A stretch of 64,000 nt of DNA from Burkholderiales bacterium (GCA_046155535.1 JBJXFN010000129.1:9659-73658); one strand, 5' to 3'; positions 29,439 through 39,682 are shown, counted from the stretch's first letter. Program-made: numbers and translations. The notes: a model not told the origin generated them from the sequence alone.

Positions 29439-30710
29439 TCAGTACTGCGCGAGTTTGTTTCGTGGCACAGGCGGATTGGCGGCGAAATATTTGCGTATCC
29501 CGGAAAGGATCGCCTGCGCCAGTTTCTCCTGATATTTTTCATCCTTGAGTTTCTTTTCTTCTTCGGGATTGGTCAGGAAGGCGGTTTCCACCAGTATCGA
29601 TGGAATTTCGGGGGCCTTGAGCACGGCAAATCCGGCCTGTTCGACGCGTGCCTTGTGCAGATCGTTGATCTCGCCTATTTCCCCCAGGACTGATTTGGCC
29701 AGCTTGAGACTGTCATCGATGGTTGCGGTCTGTGCGAGATCCACCAGAATCTGCTGGACCATCGGATCCTTGTCCGCCAGGTTGACGCCACCGATCTGGT
29801 CCGACTGATCCTGTGCTTCGGCCAGGATGCGCGCCGCCGCCGACGTGGCTCCGCGCTCCGACAGGGCGAACACCGACGAACCCCTGGCATGAGGCTTGAT
29901 AAACGCGTCGGCGTGGATCGAAACAAACAGGTCTGCCTGCACTTTTTGCGCTTTTTTCACGCGGTCTGTCAGTTTCACGAAATAGTCACCATTGCGGATC
30001 ATGACCGCGCGCATCGAGGGCTCGTTATCGATCAGCGCTTCGAGACGTTTGGCGATCGCCAGCGTGATGTGTTTTTCGTAAGTGCCGCCGCGTCCCCGGG
30101 CACCGGGATCTTCACCGCCGTGGCCTGCATCAATGGCGATCGTGATCAATCTTGCAACGTCGGCCGGCGCCGGCGGCGGCGAGTTCGTTGTGGCGGACGC
30201 GCCCGGGGTTTCGGGTTTTGCGCTGACGATGGGCGCTTTCGGCTTCTTTTCTTCCAGCAGCGCCAGGATCGGATCGACAGGCTCGCTGGGGTAGACGTCC
30301 AGCACGAGACGATGGCCGTATTCGCCGATGGGCGCCAGTGCGAAAACCTGGGGCTTGACGTCGGCTTTCAGATCCAGCACCAGGCGCACCATGCCCGGTT
30401 TGAACCTGCCGGTGCGAAGTCCGCTGATATAGGGGTCATCGGCTGAAATTTTGGCAGGCAATTTTTCGATCTCTGCGCCGAATTCCACATCTTCCAGATC
30501 AATGACAAGTCGGCGTGGATTGGCGATGGTGAATACCGTGTGGGCAATGCGCCCATTCGATTCCAGAGTCAGGCGTGTATATTCCTGCGCCGGCCAGATG
30601 CGGGCCGAGCTGATCTGGACGGCCGCGAAGGCCGGGACGGGTAGGCTCACGCAGGCAAGAAGGAAAATCGCCAGGAAATGAATTTCCTTTTGCCAGACGC
30701 CGGTTTTCAT
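29439..30710 (-). CDS. amiC: N-acetylmuramoyl-L-alanine amidase (AmiC-like, with AMIN domain)
   Basis: From ATG at 30710: MKTGVWQKEIHFLAIFLLACVSLPVPAFA...ARIWPAQEYTRLTLE (AMIN domain)...IAIDAGHGGEDPGA...SIHADA. Confidence 0.85.
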   Translation of the reverse strand: MKTGVWQKEIHFLAIFLLACVSLPVPAFAAVQISSARIWPAQEYTRLTLESNGRIAHTVFTIANPRRLVIDLEDVEFGAEIEKLPAKISADDPYISGLRTGRFKPGMVRLVLDLKADVKPQVFALAPIGEYGHRLVLDVYPSEPVDPILALLEEKKPKAPIVSAKPETPGASATTNSPPPAPADVARLITIAIDAGHGGEDPGARGRGGTYEKHITLAIAKRLEALIDNEPSMRAVMIRNGDYFVKLTDRVKKAQKVQADLFVSIHADAFIKPHARGSSVFALSERGATSAAARILAEAQDQSDQIGGVNLADKDPMVQQILVDLAQTATIDDSLKLAKSVLGEIGEINDLHKARVEQAGFAVLKAPEIPSILVETAFLTNPEEEKKLKDEKYQEKLAQAILSGIRKYFAANPPVPRNKLAQY

Positions 30711-31201
30711 CACTGTGGACCCCGGAAGGTGTGGCGCAGGGATTGCACGCAGGCGATGCCGAGTGGCGTGGATGCCTGTGCTCTGGCCCGGCGACCTGCC
30801 CCTTCGATACTCAGCATGATCTCCAGATCCGCCGGGGGGAGTTGGCCGGCGACGCGCTCGGGCCATTCGACGACACAGACGTTGTGACCGTCGAAGTAAT
30901 CCCGGAAGCCCGCATCCGACCATTCTTCGGCATTCGCGAATCGATAGAAATCAAAGTGATATAAGTCTAGCGTGGATGGTTTGTAGTGTTCAACCAATGT
31001 ATAAGTCGGACTTTTGACTTTCCCCGTATAACCCAGGCCGCGCAGCACACCACGGGTCAATGTCGTTTTGCCGCTCCCCAGATCTCCTCGCAGCGCGAGC
31101 AACATTCCCGGAGCGAGCGCATGGGCGAGGCGGGTGCCGAGTTCAAGAGTGGATTCCTCGTCGGGCAGAAACCAGTCCTCCAAAACGTTTTCCGATTTCA
31201 T
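30710..31201 (-). CDS. tsaE: tRNA t6A biosynthesis ATPase TsaE
   Basis: LRGDLGSGKTTLTRGVLRGLG...SPTYTLVEHY...HFDFYR. Its stop overlaps the amiC start. Confidence 0.85.
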   Translation of the reverse strand: MKSENVLEDWFLPDEESTLELGTRLAHALAPGMLLALRGDLGSGKTTLTRGVLRGLGYTGKVKSPTYTLVEHYKPSTLDLYHFDFYRFANAEEWSDAGFRDYFDGHNVCVVEWPERVAGQLPPADLEIMLSIEGAGRRARAQASTPLGIACVQSLRHTFRGPQ

Positions 31202-32115
31202 GGGGTTGACCTCTTCGCGGCGCGCCGCGTCTCGGTCACCCAGTCCGAGGCCAGATCCACGAAGGACTGTATGGCCGGCAGTGCATCGTCGCGGCGCCAG
31301 GCGAGGTGGATTTCAATCAGCGGGCTGGTCTCGCGCAAGGCCTTGTAGGTCACGCCGGTACGGCGCAGATTGGTCAGCGATGCCGGAATGAGCGCGACCC
31401 CCAGTTCCGCCGAAACCAGGCTCACGATGGTCTGCATCTGGACGGCTTCCTGCTCGACTCTGGGACTGAATCCGGCGGCGCGGCACATCCCGACGATGTC
31501 ATCGTGCAGCCCGGTTGCCATGCGTCGCGGGAACAGGATAAACGGAGAATCCCGGAGTTTGACGAGCGAGAGCTTGCCCGGCCGCCGGGCAAGCGGGTGG
31601 CGCGAGGGCAGCGCGGCCACCAGAGGTTCTTTCAGGACCGGCATTGACTGCAGCAGCGGTTCGTCGATGGGCGGGAGCACAAGGCCGAGGTCTATCCGTC
31701 CGGCGCACAGATCCGCCACCTGCGCGTCGGTGGTGGATTCGCGCAAGATCAGATTCACCTCCGGAAACCGGCGGCGGAACTCGCGCAGCATGACGGGTAG
31801 CACGTTGTAGTCGGCCACACTGATGAAGCCGATGACCAGTTCGCCGATCTCGCCCCGCCCCGCCCGGCGGGTGGTCAGCACGGCCTGATCGAGCCGGGAC
31901 AGCACCTTGCGGGCCTCCTGAAAAAAAACTTCTCCGGCCTGGGTCAGGGTGACCTGGCGTTGCGTCCGGTTGAACAGCGTGACTCCGAGCTCTTCTTCGA
32001 GAGAGCGGATCTGCATCGACAGGGGCGGCTGGGAAATGTGCAGTTTCTCGGCCGCCCGGCCGAAATGCAGTTCTTCGGCGACCGCCAGGAAATAACGCAG
32101 GTGGCGCAGTTCCAT
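31198..32115 (-). CDS. LysR-family transcriptional regulator
   Basis: MELRHLRYFLAVAEELHFGRAAEKLHISQPPLSMQIRSLEEELG. 305 aa. Divergent from ilvD. Confidence 0.85.
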   Translation of the reverse strand: MELRHLRYFLAVAEELHFGRAAEKLHISQPPLSMQIRSLEEELGVTLFNRTQRQVTLTQAGEVFFQEARKVLSRLDQAVLTTRRAGRGEIGELVIGFISVADYNVLPVMLREFRRRFPEVNLILRESTTDAQVADLCAGRIDLGLVLPPIDEPLLQSMPVLKEPLVAALPSRHPLARRPGKLSLVKLRDSPFILFPRRMATGLHDDIVGMCRAAGFSPRVEQEAVQMQTIVSLVSAELGVALIPASLTNLRRTGVTYKALRETSPLIEIHLAWRRDDALPAIQSFVDLASDWVTETRRAAKRSTP

Positions 32116-32118
32116 TCA

Positions 32119-32133
32119 ATACTTAGCAAGTAT
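32119..32133. promoter_or_regulatory. LysR-type T-N11-A palindrome in the lysR/ilvD divergent region
   Basis: ATACTTAGCAAGTAT (ATAC-N7-GTAT), immediately upstream of the LysR gene start. Confidence 0.4.
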
Positions 32134-32259
32134 CAATAAGCTTCCAATAATATATTAGACGCTGGAAGTCGGTGCGCCCACACTGCGCTCCCGCGGTTTT
32201 CCCGGTCATGGCGGGCCGCACGAACAGATTTCGAACAATCATTGGAGGAGCATTGGATC

Positions 32260-33936
32260 ATGGCAGACAACTGGCGCAGCAAACTGATCACCGCAGGGAC
32301 AAATCGCGCGCCCAATCGCGCGATGCTGCGGGCGGTGGATTTCAAGGACGGGGACTTCGACAAGCCCATCGTTGGAGTCGCCAACGGACATTCCAATATG
32401 AATCCCTGCAATGCCGGCATCCAGCCCCTCGTGGACCGGGCCATGGATGCCCTGCGCGCCGCCGGTGCGATGCCCCAGGTATTCGGCACACCCACCGTGA
32501 CCGACGGCATCGGCATGGGTACCGAAGGCATGAAGTATTCGCTGGTGTCGCGAGAAGTCATTGCCGACTCCATTGAAACGGCGGTCAACGGCCAGATGAT
32601 GGACGGCGCCCTGGTGATCGGTGCCTGCGACAAGAACATGCCCGGAGGCATGATGGCGATCGCCCGCATGAACGTGCCGGCCATCTACGTTTACGGGGGC
32701 ACCATCCGCCCGGGCCGCTGGAAAGGGCAGGACCTGACAATTGCCAGTGCTTTTGAATCGGTGGGCGCCTATGCCGCCGGGAAAATATCGAAGGAAGATT
32801 TCGAAGGGATTGAAAGAAATGCCTGCCCGTCGGTGGGGGCCTGCGGCGGCATGTTTACCGCCAACACCATGTCTTCGTCCTTCGAAGCCCTGGGCCTGAG
32901 CCTGATGGGGTCTTCACAGATGGCGGCTCCGGATTCCGAAAAAGCGGATTCGGCCGCGGATTCGGCGCGGGTGCTGGTCAATGCCATCAAGAAGAACATC
33001 CGTCCGCGCGACATCATCACCCGCAAGTCGATCGAGAACGTGGTGAGCCTGGTCATGGCCACCGGCGGCTCGACCAACGCGGTGTTGCACTACCTGGCGA
33101 TTGCTGCTGCCGCGGAAGTGGAGTGGACCATCGACGATTTCGAACGCATCCGCCGCAAGGTGCCGGTGTTTTGCGACCTCAAACCTTCCGGGAAGTACGT
33201 GGCGGTGGATTTGCACAGGGTGGGCGGCATTCCGCAGGTATTGAAGATATTGCTGGCGAATGGATTGTTGCATGGAGACTGCCTGACGATTACCGGCCGC
33301 ACCATTGCCGAGGAACTGGCGAACATCCCATCGGAGCCCCGCAAGGACCAGGATGTCATTCGTCCGTTCAGCGCCCCGATTTACAAACAAGGCCATCTGG
33401 CCATCCTCAAGGGCAATCTCGCGCCCGAAGGTTGTGTGGCGAAAATCACCGGCCTGAAGAATCCGGTCATCACCGGTCCGGCCCGCGTGTTTGATTCGGA
33501 ACACGAAACCATGGACGCCATCATGGCCAAGAAAATCAAGGCCGGCGATGTGGTGGTCATTCGTTACGAAGGACCCAAGGGCGGACCTGGCATGCAGGAA
33601 ATGCTCTCCCCAACCTCGGCCCTGATTGGACAGGGACTGGGGGATTCCGTGGGCCTGCTCACCGACGGCCGCTTCTCGGGGGCCACCTGGGGAATGGTGG
33701 TGGGCCACGTTGCACCGGAAGCCTATGTGGGCGGCACCATTGCCCTGGTCAAGGAGGGAGATTCCATCACCATCGATGCGCACAAGCAGTTGATCCATCT
33801 CCACGTCCCCGAGGATGAACTGGCCAAACGTCGGGCGGCATGGAAGGCACCGGCGCCCCGATATACGAGGGGCCTGCTCGCCAAATACATGAAGCTGGTG
33901 TCCACGTCGTCCAAGGGCGCAGTCACGGATCAGTAG
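32260..33936 (+). CDS. ilvD: Dihydroxy-acid dehydratase
   Basis: GGAGGAG then ATG at 32260. [28 protein letters not shown]...CDKNMPG...TDGRFSG. Confidence 0.95.
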   Translation: MADNWRSKLITAGTNRAPNRAMLRAVDFKDGDFDKPIVGVANGHSNMNPCNAGIQPLVDRAMDALRAAGAMPQVFGTPTVTDGIGMGTEGMKYSLVSREVIADSIETAVNGQMMDGALVIGACDKNMPGGMMAIARMNVPAIYVYGGTIRPGRWKGQDLTIASAFESVGAYAAGKISKEDFEGIERNACPSVGACGGMFTANTMSSSFEALGLSLMGSSQMAAPDSEKADSAADSARVLVNAIKKNIRPRDIITRKSIENVVSLVMATGGSTNAVLHYLAIAAAAEVEWTIDDFERIRRKVPVFCDLKPSGKYVAVDLHRVGGIPQVLKILLANGLLHGDCLTITGRTIAEELANIPSEPRKDQDVIRPFSAPIYKQGHLAILKGNLAPEGCVAKITGLKNPVITGPARVFDSEHETMDAIMAKKIKAGDVVVIRYEGPKGGPGMQEMLSPTSALIGQGLGDSVGLLTDGRFSGATWGMVVGHVAPEAYVGGTIALVKEGDSITIDAHKQLIHLHVPEDELAKRRAAWKAPAPRYTRGLLAKYMKLVSTSSKGAVTDQ

Positions 33937-33959
33937 GACATATCCGGGACGGATTTTCG

Positions 33960-33993
33960 GGCGGCACCGGATTTTTCGGTGCCGCCTGTCTTT
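33960..33993 (+). terminator. Rho-independent terminator after ilvD
   Basis: Stem GGCGGCACCG/CGGTGCCGCC followed by TGTCTTT. Confidence 0.6.
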
Positions 33994-34041
33994 GGCGACG
34001 GCAGTGGTACCTGCCGCCGATTTTCTGGCGCGGCGGTGAAT

Positions 34042-34410
34042 CTACCTCGGCGTCACCATGACCGGCCGGTGGTAACAGCCGAAACAGGGGTGCCATACCA
34101 ACCAGCCGTGGTAGCGCATGCGTTCTTCGAAGCGGATGCTCTCGGCGTAGGTATTCAGCATGTGATCCAGCACCAAGGGATCCACCCCTTCGTCCCGCAG
34201 GCTCACCAGGCGGGACGCGGTCAGCGGGTAGGTCGTGCGCGATTCGCGCAAGGCCTGGATGATTTCTTCGGCGGGTTTGCCCTCGTGGCTCATGTGCACG
34301 ATGTCATCCAGGCTCAGATGTGGGCGACTCGTCGCGCATCCGGCGAGCAGCGCAGCCAGCAAAGCCGCACACGCCAGATGTTTCGGTTTTCTCCATCGCA
34401 TGGCCAGCAT
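34042..34410 (-). CDS. Hypothetical lipoprotein
   Basis: Lipobox LLAALLAGC. 122 aa. No family recognised. Confidence 0.6.
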   Translation of the reverse strand: MLAMRWRKPKHLACAALLAALLAGCATSRPHLSLDDIVHMSHEGKPAEEIIQALRESRTTYPLTASRLVSLRDEGVDPLVLDHMLNTYAESIRFEERMRYHGWLVWHPCFGCYHRPVMVTPR

Positions 34411-34423
34411 CGCCGATGCCGGT

Positions 34424-34645
34424 TTACGCCGGAATGTCGGGAACGAGTTGCCGTTCCAGCAGCGTGATTTCGTCCTTGAGCAGCAATTTTCGCCGCTTCA
34501 AACGACGCAGTTGCAGTTCGTCCATGTCGGCACTGCGTGCCAGACGTCCAATGATGTCGTCGAGGTCGCGGTGCTGGACTTTCAGCGATTCGATTTTTTC
34601 CAGCAGGCGGTCGCGTTCGTCGCCACTCAGTTCCATGTCGTTCAT
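34424..34645 (-). CDS. DUF465 (YdcH-like) family protein
   Basis: MNDMELSGDERDRLLEKIESLKVQHRDLDDIIGRL...LQLRRLKRRKLLLKDEITLLE. An alternative start at 34675 is possible. Confidence 0.65.
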   Translation of the reverse strand: MNDMELSGDERDRLLEKIESLKVQHRDLDDIIGRLARSADMDELQLRRLKRRKLLLKDEITLLERQLVPDIPA

Positions 34646-34674
34646 GCCATTGCCCGCCGTTGACCGTGCATTCA

Positions 34675-35364
34675 CTATAGTCCAATGCGCGCCAATCGGT
34701 AGGCCGGGGGTACCGGACTGCGCCCCAGCCCGGCGTCTTGCGCCAGAACAATATCGAAGGTGGTGCTCGATTCCCCGGTGTTTGCGGTAGAAGGCGTCAG
34801 CGGGACGATCAGGCTTTCTCTCGCCTTGCGATTGGCAATACGCGAGAGCAGGAAGTCGTGGTTGTTCTCCGGCGCGCCTGCCAGATACATCTGCGTGGAA
34901 AACGTGCCGACGTCCTGACGCGTCAGGGCAAAATGGATATGCGGCGCCCGGCCGGGATAAGCCACGGGTTTGACGGTTCGAAACCGGTACGCGCCCTCGG
35001 CATCTGTGATCGCCAGGCCATAGCCCTGAAAATTGGGGTCCAGCGGCAGGTTCTGATCGTCATGCTCGTGGTGGTAACGACCATACCCGTTGACCTGCCA
35101 GATTTCGACGTTTACGCCGGCTTGCGGGCGGCCGCGGGCATCCACGATGCGCCCACTGATGTCTACAATATGTCCGAAAGCCACTCCGGGACGACCACGA
35201 ACGCGGACCAGGTCGTTGTCCTTGTCGAGCGGGATTCTGCTGGGATAAAACGGGCCCCGCATCTGTGCCGGCGTAGGCAGCAGTTCCGCCGAGAGGGCAG
35301 GCAAGGCAGCGGTTGCCAAAAGGACGCCGGCCGATTCCAGGATTCGTCTGCGGATCTGATTCAT
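34675..35364 (-). CDS. Tat-exported intradiol ring-cleavage dioxygenase family protein
   Basis: From ATG at 35364: MNQIRRRILESAGVLLATAALPALSA. Also VEIWQVNGYGRYHH...YPGRAPHIHF. Confidence 0.75.
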   Translation of the reverse strand: MNQIRRRILESAGVLLATAALPALSAELLPTPAQMRGPFYPSRIPLDKDNDLVRVRGRPGVAFGHIVDISGRIVDARGRPQAGVNVEIWQVNGYGRYHHEHDDQNLPLDPNFQGYGLAITDAEGAYRFRTVKPVAYPGRAPHIHFALTRQDVGTFSTQMYLAGAPENNHDFLLSRIANRKARESLIVPLTPSTANTGESSTTFDIVLAQDAGLGRSPVPPAYRLARIGL

Positions 35365-35468
35365 GTTGTACCCCCGATGTTTATTGGCTGATTCCGGTGC
35401 GGAAAGTTCGGATGTTGAAACCCGGTTGACCATGCACTTCGCGATGGGTTCCGCCAATTTCCGCCCGG

Positions 35469-36194
35469 TCAATAACGATTGTAGATTTCCAGTGCCTTCA
35501 ACATCGATTTTTCCCGTTCGATGATGGGAATCATTTTGGACTCCTTGTCGTCGTATTGCCTGAGCGCCGTGATCACTTTTTCCGCTGCTTCCGTTGGCAC
35601 CACGACAACACCATCGCTGTCGCCGACGATGTAGTCTCCGGGCCGCACCAGGATCCCGCCGCATTGCACCGGGATCTGCTTGTCCACGCTGATCATGCGG
35701 CCTACCGAGGTGGCCGGGCTGACGCGCCGCGACCATACCGGAAACTGCAGCCGGCGCAGTTCCGCGATGTCGCGAACCGCCCCGTCGATGACCGCGCCGG
35801 CCAGGCCGCGCACCTTGGCGGTGGTGCCCATGAGATTACCCATGGCCGCGATCTCCAGGCCGTCCTGCATGACGTAGACCAACACACTGCCGGGTTCGGC
35901 CTGATCCAGAATTTCGAGATGATGGTTCGGATACTTGCGCGGATCGCTGCGCAACACCGGGCGCATCAGGGCGGTGGCGGCCCGCCCTGCCATGCGGGTG
36001 TCGAAAATCGGCTTCATGTCCGACGCCATCCATCCGCGCGCCCCGGTGACTTCCTCCACCGCGTCGGCGATGTTGCCGGTGCTGTTTTGCGGGTGCGCCA
36101 GCGCAGCAATAATTTCCTGTGGCGTCAGGGCAGCGGCTGCCTGCGCAAATGCCCACAATCCCATGGCTACACACCACTGGAAGCGGTTCTTCAT
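35469..36194 (-). CDS. RraA/aldolase-family protein carrying an N-terminal signal peptide
   Basis: MKNRFQWCVAMGLWAFAQAAAA, then GNLMGTTAKVRGLAGAVIDGAVRD...GDYIVGDSDGVVVVP. Confidence 0.7.
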   Translation of the reverse strand: MKNRFQWCVAMGLWAFAQAAAALTPQEIIAALAHPQNSTGNIADAVEEVTGARGWMASDMKPIFDTRMAGRAATALMRPVLRSDPRKYPNHHLEILDQAEPGSVLVYVMQDGLEIAAMGNLMGTTAKVRGLAGAVIDGAVRDIAELRRLQFPVWSRRVSPATSVGRMISVDKQIPVQCGGILVRPGDYIVGDSDGVVVVPTEAAEKVITALRQYDDKESKMIPIIEREKSMLKALEIYNRY

Positions 36195-36300
36195 GATTTC
36201 CCCTTGTGTCATGTCGGATCGGGAAAATGGTACACCGATCATCGCGCGGCGACCTTGCTGGATTGAGGCGCCATCCGTCAGCGCCTATGATGTGAGGCTC

Positions 36301-37212
36301 ATGGGGAACACAATGCACACAACGGATTCGCCAGGCGGCATCTGCCCGATGTTGTATGCGTTCTTTGATCGCCACGACCAACTCGATCCCCAGGGGATGC
36401 GCCGCCAGGTGAAGGCGTGCGTCGACAACAGTGCGCAGGGCGTTGCCGTACTCGGACTCGGTACAGAGGTCAGCAAGCTCTCCGACCATGAGCGTCGCAC
36501 ACTGGTGGAATGGGTCGCGGACGAACTCGCCGGGCGTCTGCCCATGGTGGTGACGGTGAACGCGCCCAATGTCGAGGCCCAGGTGGAATTTGCCCGATTT
36601 GCGCGCCGGCAGGGGGCAGCCTGGGTGATTCTCCAGCCGCCTCCCGGACGCAATCTTACGGAAGAGTTTCTCATCCGGTTTTTCGGCGCGGTGGCGGATC
36701 AGCTCGATTTTCCGGTGGCGATCCAGAACGCACCGGAGTATCTGGGGGTGGGATTGCGTCCCGAGGGCATCAATACGTTGCGGCGCCAGCACCCGAATTT
36801 CCAGATTCTGAAGGGCGAAGGTCCCGCCATGACGATCCGGCGGTTTGTGGAAGCGACGGACGGCGAGTTGCCCATCTTCAATGGACGCGGCGGCCTGGAA
36901 TTGACCGATAACCTGCGCGCCGGTTGCGCCGGCATGATTCCGGCGGTGGATACGGTGGATGTGCAGACGCGCATTTATCGCTGGATGCGGGACGGCGCGG
37001 AAGAGGAAGCCGAAGCTGCCTATCGCACGATCCTGCCGGCGATTGCGTTTGTGATGCAAAGCCTGGAGACCTTGCACACCTATGGCAAACGCCTGACGGC
37101 GCAGCGCCTGGGCCTCGGGACCGTTTATGATCGCCAGCCCGGTTTGCCGGTGGAAACGTTTGGCATGCAATGCGTGCAGCGGTTCGCCCGTCAATTGGGA
37201 TCTCTGAATTGA
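36301..37212 (+). CDS. Dihydrodipicolinate synthase/N-acetylneuraminate lyase (DapA) family protein
   Basis: GVAVLGLGTEVSKLSDHERRTLVEWV...PVAIQNAP...ILKGEG. Start at ATG 36301 or 36313. Confidence 0.75.
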   Translation: MGNTMHTTDSPGGICPMLYAFFDRHDQLDPQGMRRQVKACVDNSAQGVAVLGLGTEVSKLSDHERRTLVEWVADELAGRLPMVVTVNAPNVEAQVEFARFARRQGAAWVILQPPPGRNLTEEFLIRFFGAVADQLDFPVAIQNAPEYLGVGLRPEGINTLRRQHPNFQILKGEGPAMTIRRFVEATDGELPIFNGRGGLELTDNLRAGCAGMIPAVDTVDVQTRIYRWMRDGAEEEAEAAYRTILPAIAFVMQSLETLHTYGKRLTAQRLGLGTVYDRQPGLPVETFGMQCVQRFARQLGSLN

Positions 37213-37213
37213 G

Positions 37214-38764
37214 GTGCAGATGAATGTTTATTTCCTGCCGGCACTCCTGCCGGTGCTGATGGCGACGGCCACCTACGCTGAAACGCCGGAACAATGGTTC
37301 GAAAGCGGCCGCGCCGCGGTGGAAAAGGCGAATCAGGTCCGACCGATCACGGGCCGTGCCAAAAACGTGATCCTGTTTGTCGGTGATGGCATGGGCATCT
37401 CGACCGTGACCGCTGCCCGCATTCTCGAGGGACAGCAACGCGGCGGCAGCGGCGAGGAAAATCAGTTGGCTTTCGAGCAATTGCCCTACGTTGCGTTGTC
37501 GAAAACCTACAGCGACAACCAGCAGACCTCCGATTCCGCACCCACAATGAGCGCCATGGTGACCGGCATCAAGACCGGTGACGGATTGATTTCGGTGACC
37601 GGACGGGTGGCGCGGCGCGACTTCCGGGCAGTGGCCGCGCATTCCGCCAGGACCATCCTGGAGCATGCCGAGGCGCGCGGCATGGCGACCGGCGTGGTGA
37701 CCACCACCCGAGTTACCCATGCCACACCAGCGGCCTGTTATGCCCACTCGCCGGATCGCGATTGGGAGAGTGACGCCAATCAGCCCGCCGAAGCAAATGC
37801 CGCCAATTTTCCCGACATTGCCCGGCAACTGATCGAGTTTTCCATTGGCGACGGACTGGAGGTCGCGTTCGGTGGCGGCCGGCTGAAATTTCTGCCGGGC
37901 GGGACGCGCGATCCGGAATATCCGCAGAGGGTCGGAGAGCGTCAGGACGGGCGCGACCTGACCGATGAATGGAAGGCCCGGCGCGCTGGAGCAGCCTATA
38001 TCTGGAACCGGTCGCAATTCGATGCGCTGGATGCGGGAAAAACCGGGCCGGTGCTCGGGTTGTTCGAGCCGTCCCATATGCGCTACGAACACGATCGGCT
38101 CCGGGATGCCGCCGGCGAGCCTTCTTTATCGGAAATGACGGTTAAGGCCCTGAAGATGCTCGCAAGCCGCGACAAGGGATATTTTCTGATGGTCGAAGGC
38201 GGGCGCATCGATCATGCCCACCATGAGGGCAACGCCTTCCGGGCGTTGACCGACGCCATCGAATTCTCCCGCGCCGTGCGACAGGCGATGGACATGACCG
38301 ATCCGCAAGACACCCTGATCATCGTGACGGCGGACCACAGCCACGTGTTGAGCATCGCCGGATATCCCAAACGCGGCAATCCGATTCTCGGCAAGGTGAT
38401 TGATGCCGGCCGTCCCGCCAGAGAATATTCGAAAGATGCGCTCGACCTGCCTTACACCACGCTTTCCTACGCGAACGGCCCGGGTTACAGCGGTAAGTCC
38501 GATACGCAGGCGGAGGGGCCCAAGAAACATGCGCACGCCGTCAGCGGGTCTCGAGGCATTGCACGCGGCCGTCCGGATCTCACCGAAGTGGACACCGCCG
38601 CGCCCGATTACCTGCAGGAGTCAACGGTGCCGATGGCGTTCGAAACCCATGGCGGGGAGGATGTGGCGATTTATGCGCGCGGACCGCAGGCGCATCTGAT
38701 CCGCGGTGTACTGGAACAGAATGTCATCTACCACGTCATGGCCAAGGCGCTCGGGCTGCCCTGA
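37214..38764 (+). CDS. phoA: Alkaline phosphatase (PhoA family), secreted
   Basis: Signal peptide MQMNVYFLPALLPVLMATATYA. NVILFVGDGMGIST, Ser-nucleophile region DSAPTMSAM, ADHSH, THGGEDV. Confidence 0.85.
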   Translation: MQMNVYFLPALLPVLMATATYAETPEQWFESGRAAVEKANQVRPITGRAKNVILFVGDGMGISTVTAARILEGQQRGGSGEENQLAFEQLPYVALSKTYSDNQQTSDSAPTMSAMVTGIKTGDGLISVTGRVARRDFRAVAAHSARTILEHAEARGMATGVVTTTRVTHATPAACYAHSPDRDWESDANQPAEANAANFPDIARQLIEFSIGDGLEVAFGGGRLKFLPGGTRDPEYPQRVGERQDGRDLTDEWKARRAGAAYIWNRSQFDALDAGKTGPVLGLFEPSHMRYEHDRLRDAAGEPSLSEMTVKALKMLASRDKGYFLMVEGGRIDHAHHEGNAFRALTDAIEFSRAVRQAMDMTDPQDTLIIVTADHSHVLSIAGYPKRGNPILGKVIDAGRPAREYSKDALDLPYTTLSYANGPGYSGKSDTQAEGPKKHAHAVSGSRGIARGRPDLTEVDTAAPDYLQESTVPMAFETHGGEDVAIYARGPQAHLIRGVLEQNVIYHVMAKALGLP

Positions 38765-38798
38765 GCCGGTCTTGCGGCTTGTGGGCCGCAAGACCGGC
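38765..38798. terminator. Perfect 14-bp-stem hairpin between convergent phoA and the THX-like gene
   Basis: GCCGGTCTTGCGGC-TTGTGG-GCCGCAAGACCGGC followed by CTTT. Confidence 0.55.
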
Positions 38799-38806
38799 CT
38801 TTGCGC

Positions 38807-38950
38807 TTAACCGGTTCGCGGCTTGCGCCCTGCCGAGCGTGTGACCCGGAGCTGCAAGGCTTTGGTCTTCTTGTTGCCTTTCGGCCGGGTATTGCCATGT
38901 GAACCGCGGAACAGTTTTCCGCGCCGCGTCCGTGCGTCGCCACTTCCCAT
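38807..38950 (-). CDS. 30S ribosomal protein THX-like small basic protein, 47 aa (below the ORF-track cutoff)
   Basis: SD AGGAGA then ATG at 38950. MGSGDARTRRGKLFRGSHGNTRPKGNKKTKALQLRVTRSAGRKPRTG, compared with Thermus THX [26 protein letters not shown]. Confidence 0.55.
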   Translation of the reverse strand: MGSGDARTRRGKLFRGSHGNTRPKGNKKTKALQLRVTRSAGRKPRTG

Positions 38951-39091
38951 CGAAATCTCCTCTTGAATGTTCGTTACCGTGAAATTCTAGCAAGGGCAAT
39001 GCAGGACGGGAATGGTGAATTCCGGATGTGCAAATTCTTCAAACCGGGCGCACCCATGAATATTCGAACTTGGCGCCCCGCCCGGCGAGAC

Positions 39092-39682
39092 TCAGCCTTT
39101 GGTGGTGGTCTTGCGAATTTCTTTTTCGTCGGACCATTCCAGAAGCCCGTTTCGCACATTCCAGAGCTGCAGATTGAATTTGTAATAGACGTCTTTTACA
39201 TCTTCTGCCTGTTTGACGATGGACACGATGTTGCCTTCCAGCCGGAATGCTGCGCCCGCCATCTTGCCGATCGGCGCCGCCTGGCCCGGTTCGTAAAATT
39301 CGGTCTGTTGCCTTTGCAGCTCATCGATCTGTTGTTGCATGTCGGCTGCATCGACCGCGAAGCGCACCCGGCCGCTTTTTTGCAGCTCGACCCGTATGGA
39401 GTCCGTGATGGCGCGGGTATCGATGTATTCACTGGTCTTGTTCTTCACATCCTGCACGGTCACGATGGGCAGGTTGCCGCCCGCAACCACCGGCGCATTG
39501 AGCATCGAACGCGCCATGGATTCGGCAATCAGTTGCAGATCGGTGGAACCGAACTGATTGGTCACGGTTTCCACGCTGCGCGCGTCCCCGTAGCGGGTCT
39601 GGTCTTTGGCGCAAGCGCCAACGAGCACTAAAAGGCAGATGCCGAAGAATGCGGGGGCCGAGCGGATGAATGGCTGGGTCAT
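39092..39682 (-). CDS. lpoB: Penicillin-binding protein activator LpoB
   Basis: From ATG at 39682: MTQPFIRSAPAFFGICLLVLVGAC (lipobox). VTVQDVKNKTSEYIDTRAITDSIRVELQKSGR...FRLEGNI. Confidence 0.75.
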   Translation of the reverse strand: MTQPFIRSAPAFFGICLLVLVGACAKDQTRYGDARSVETVTNQFGSTDLQLIAESMARSMLNAPVVAGGNLPIVTVQDVKNKTSEYIDTRAITDSIRVELQKSGRVRFAVDAADMQQQIDELQRQQTEFYEPGQAAPIGKMAGAAFRLEGNIVSIVKQAEDVKDVYYKFNLQLWNVRNGLLEWSDEKEIRKTTTKG

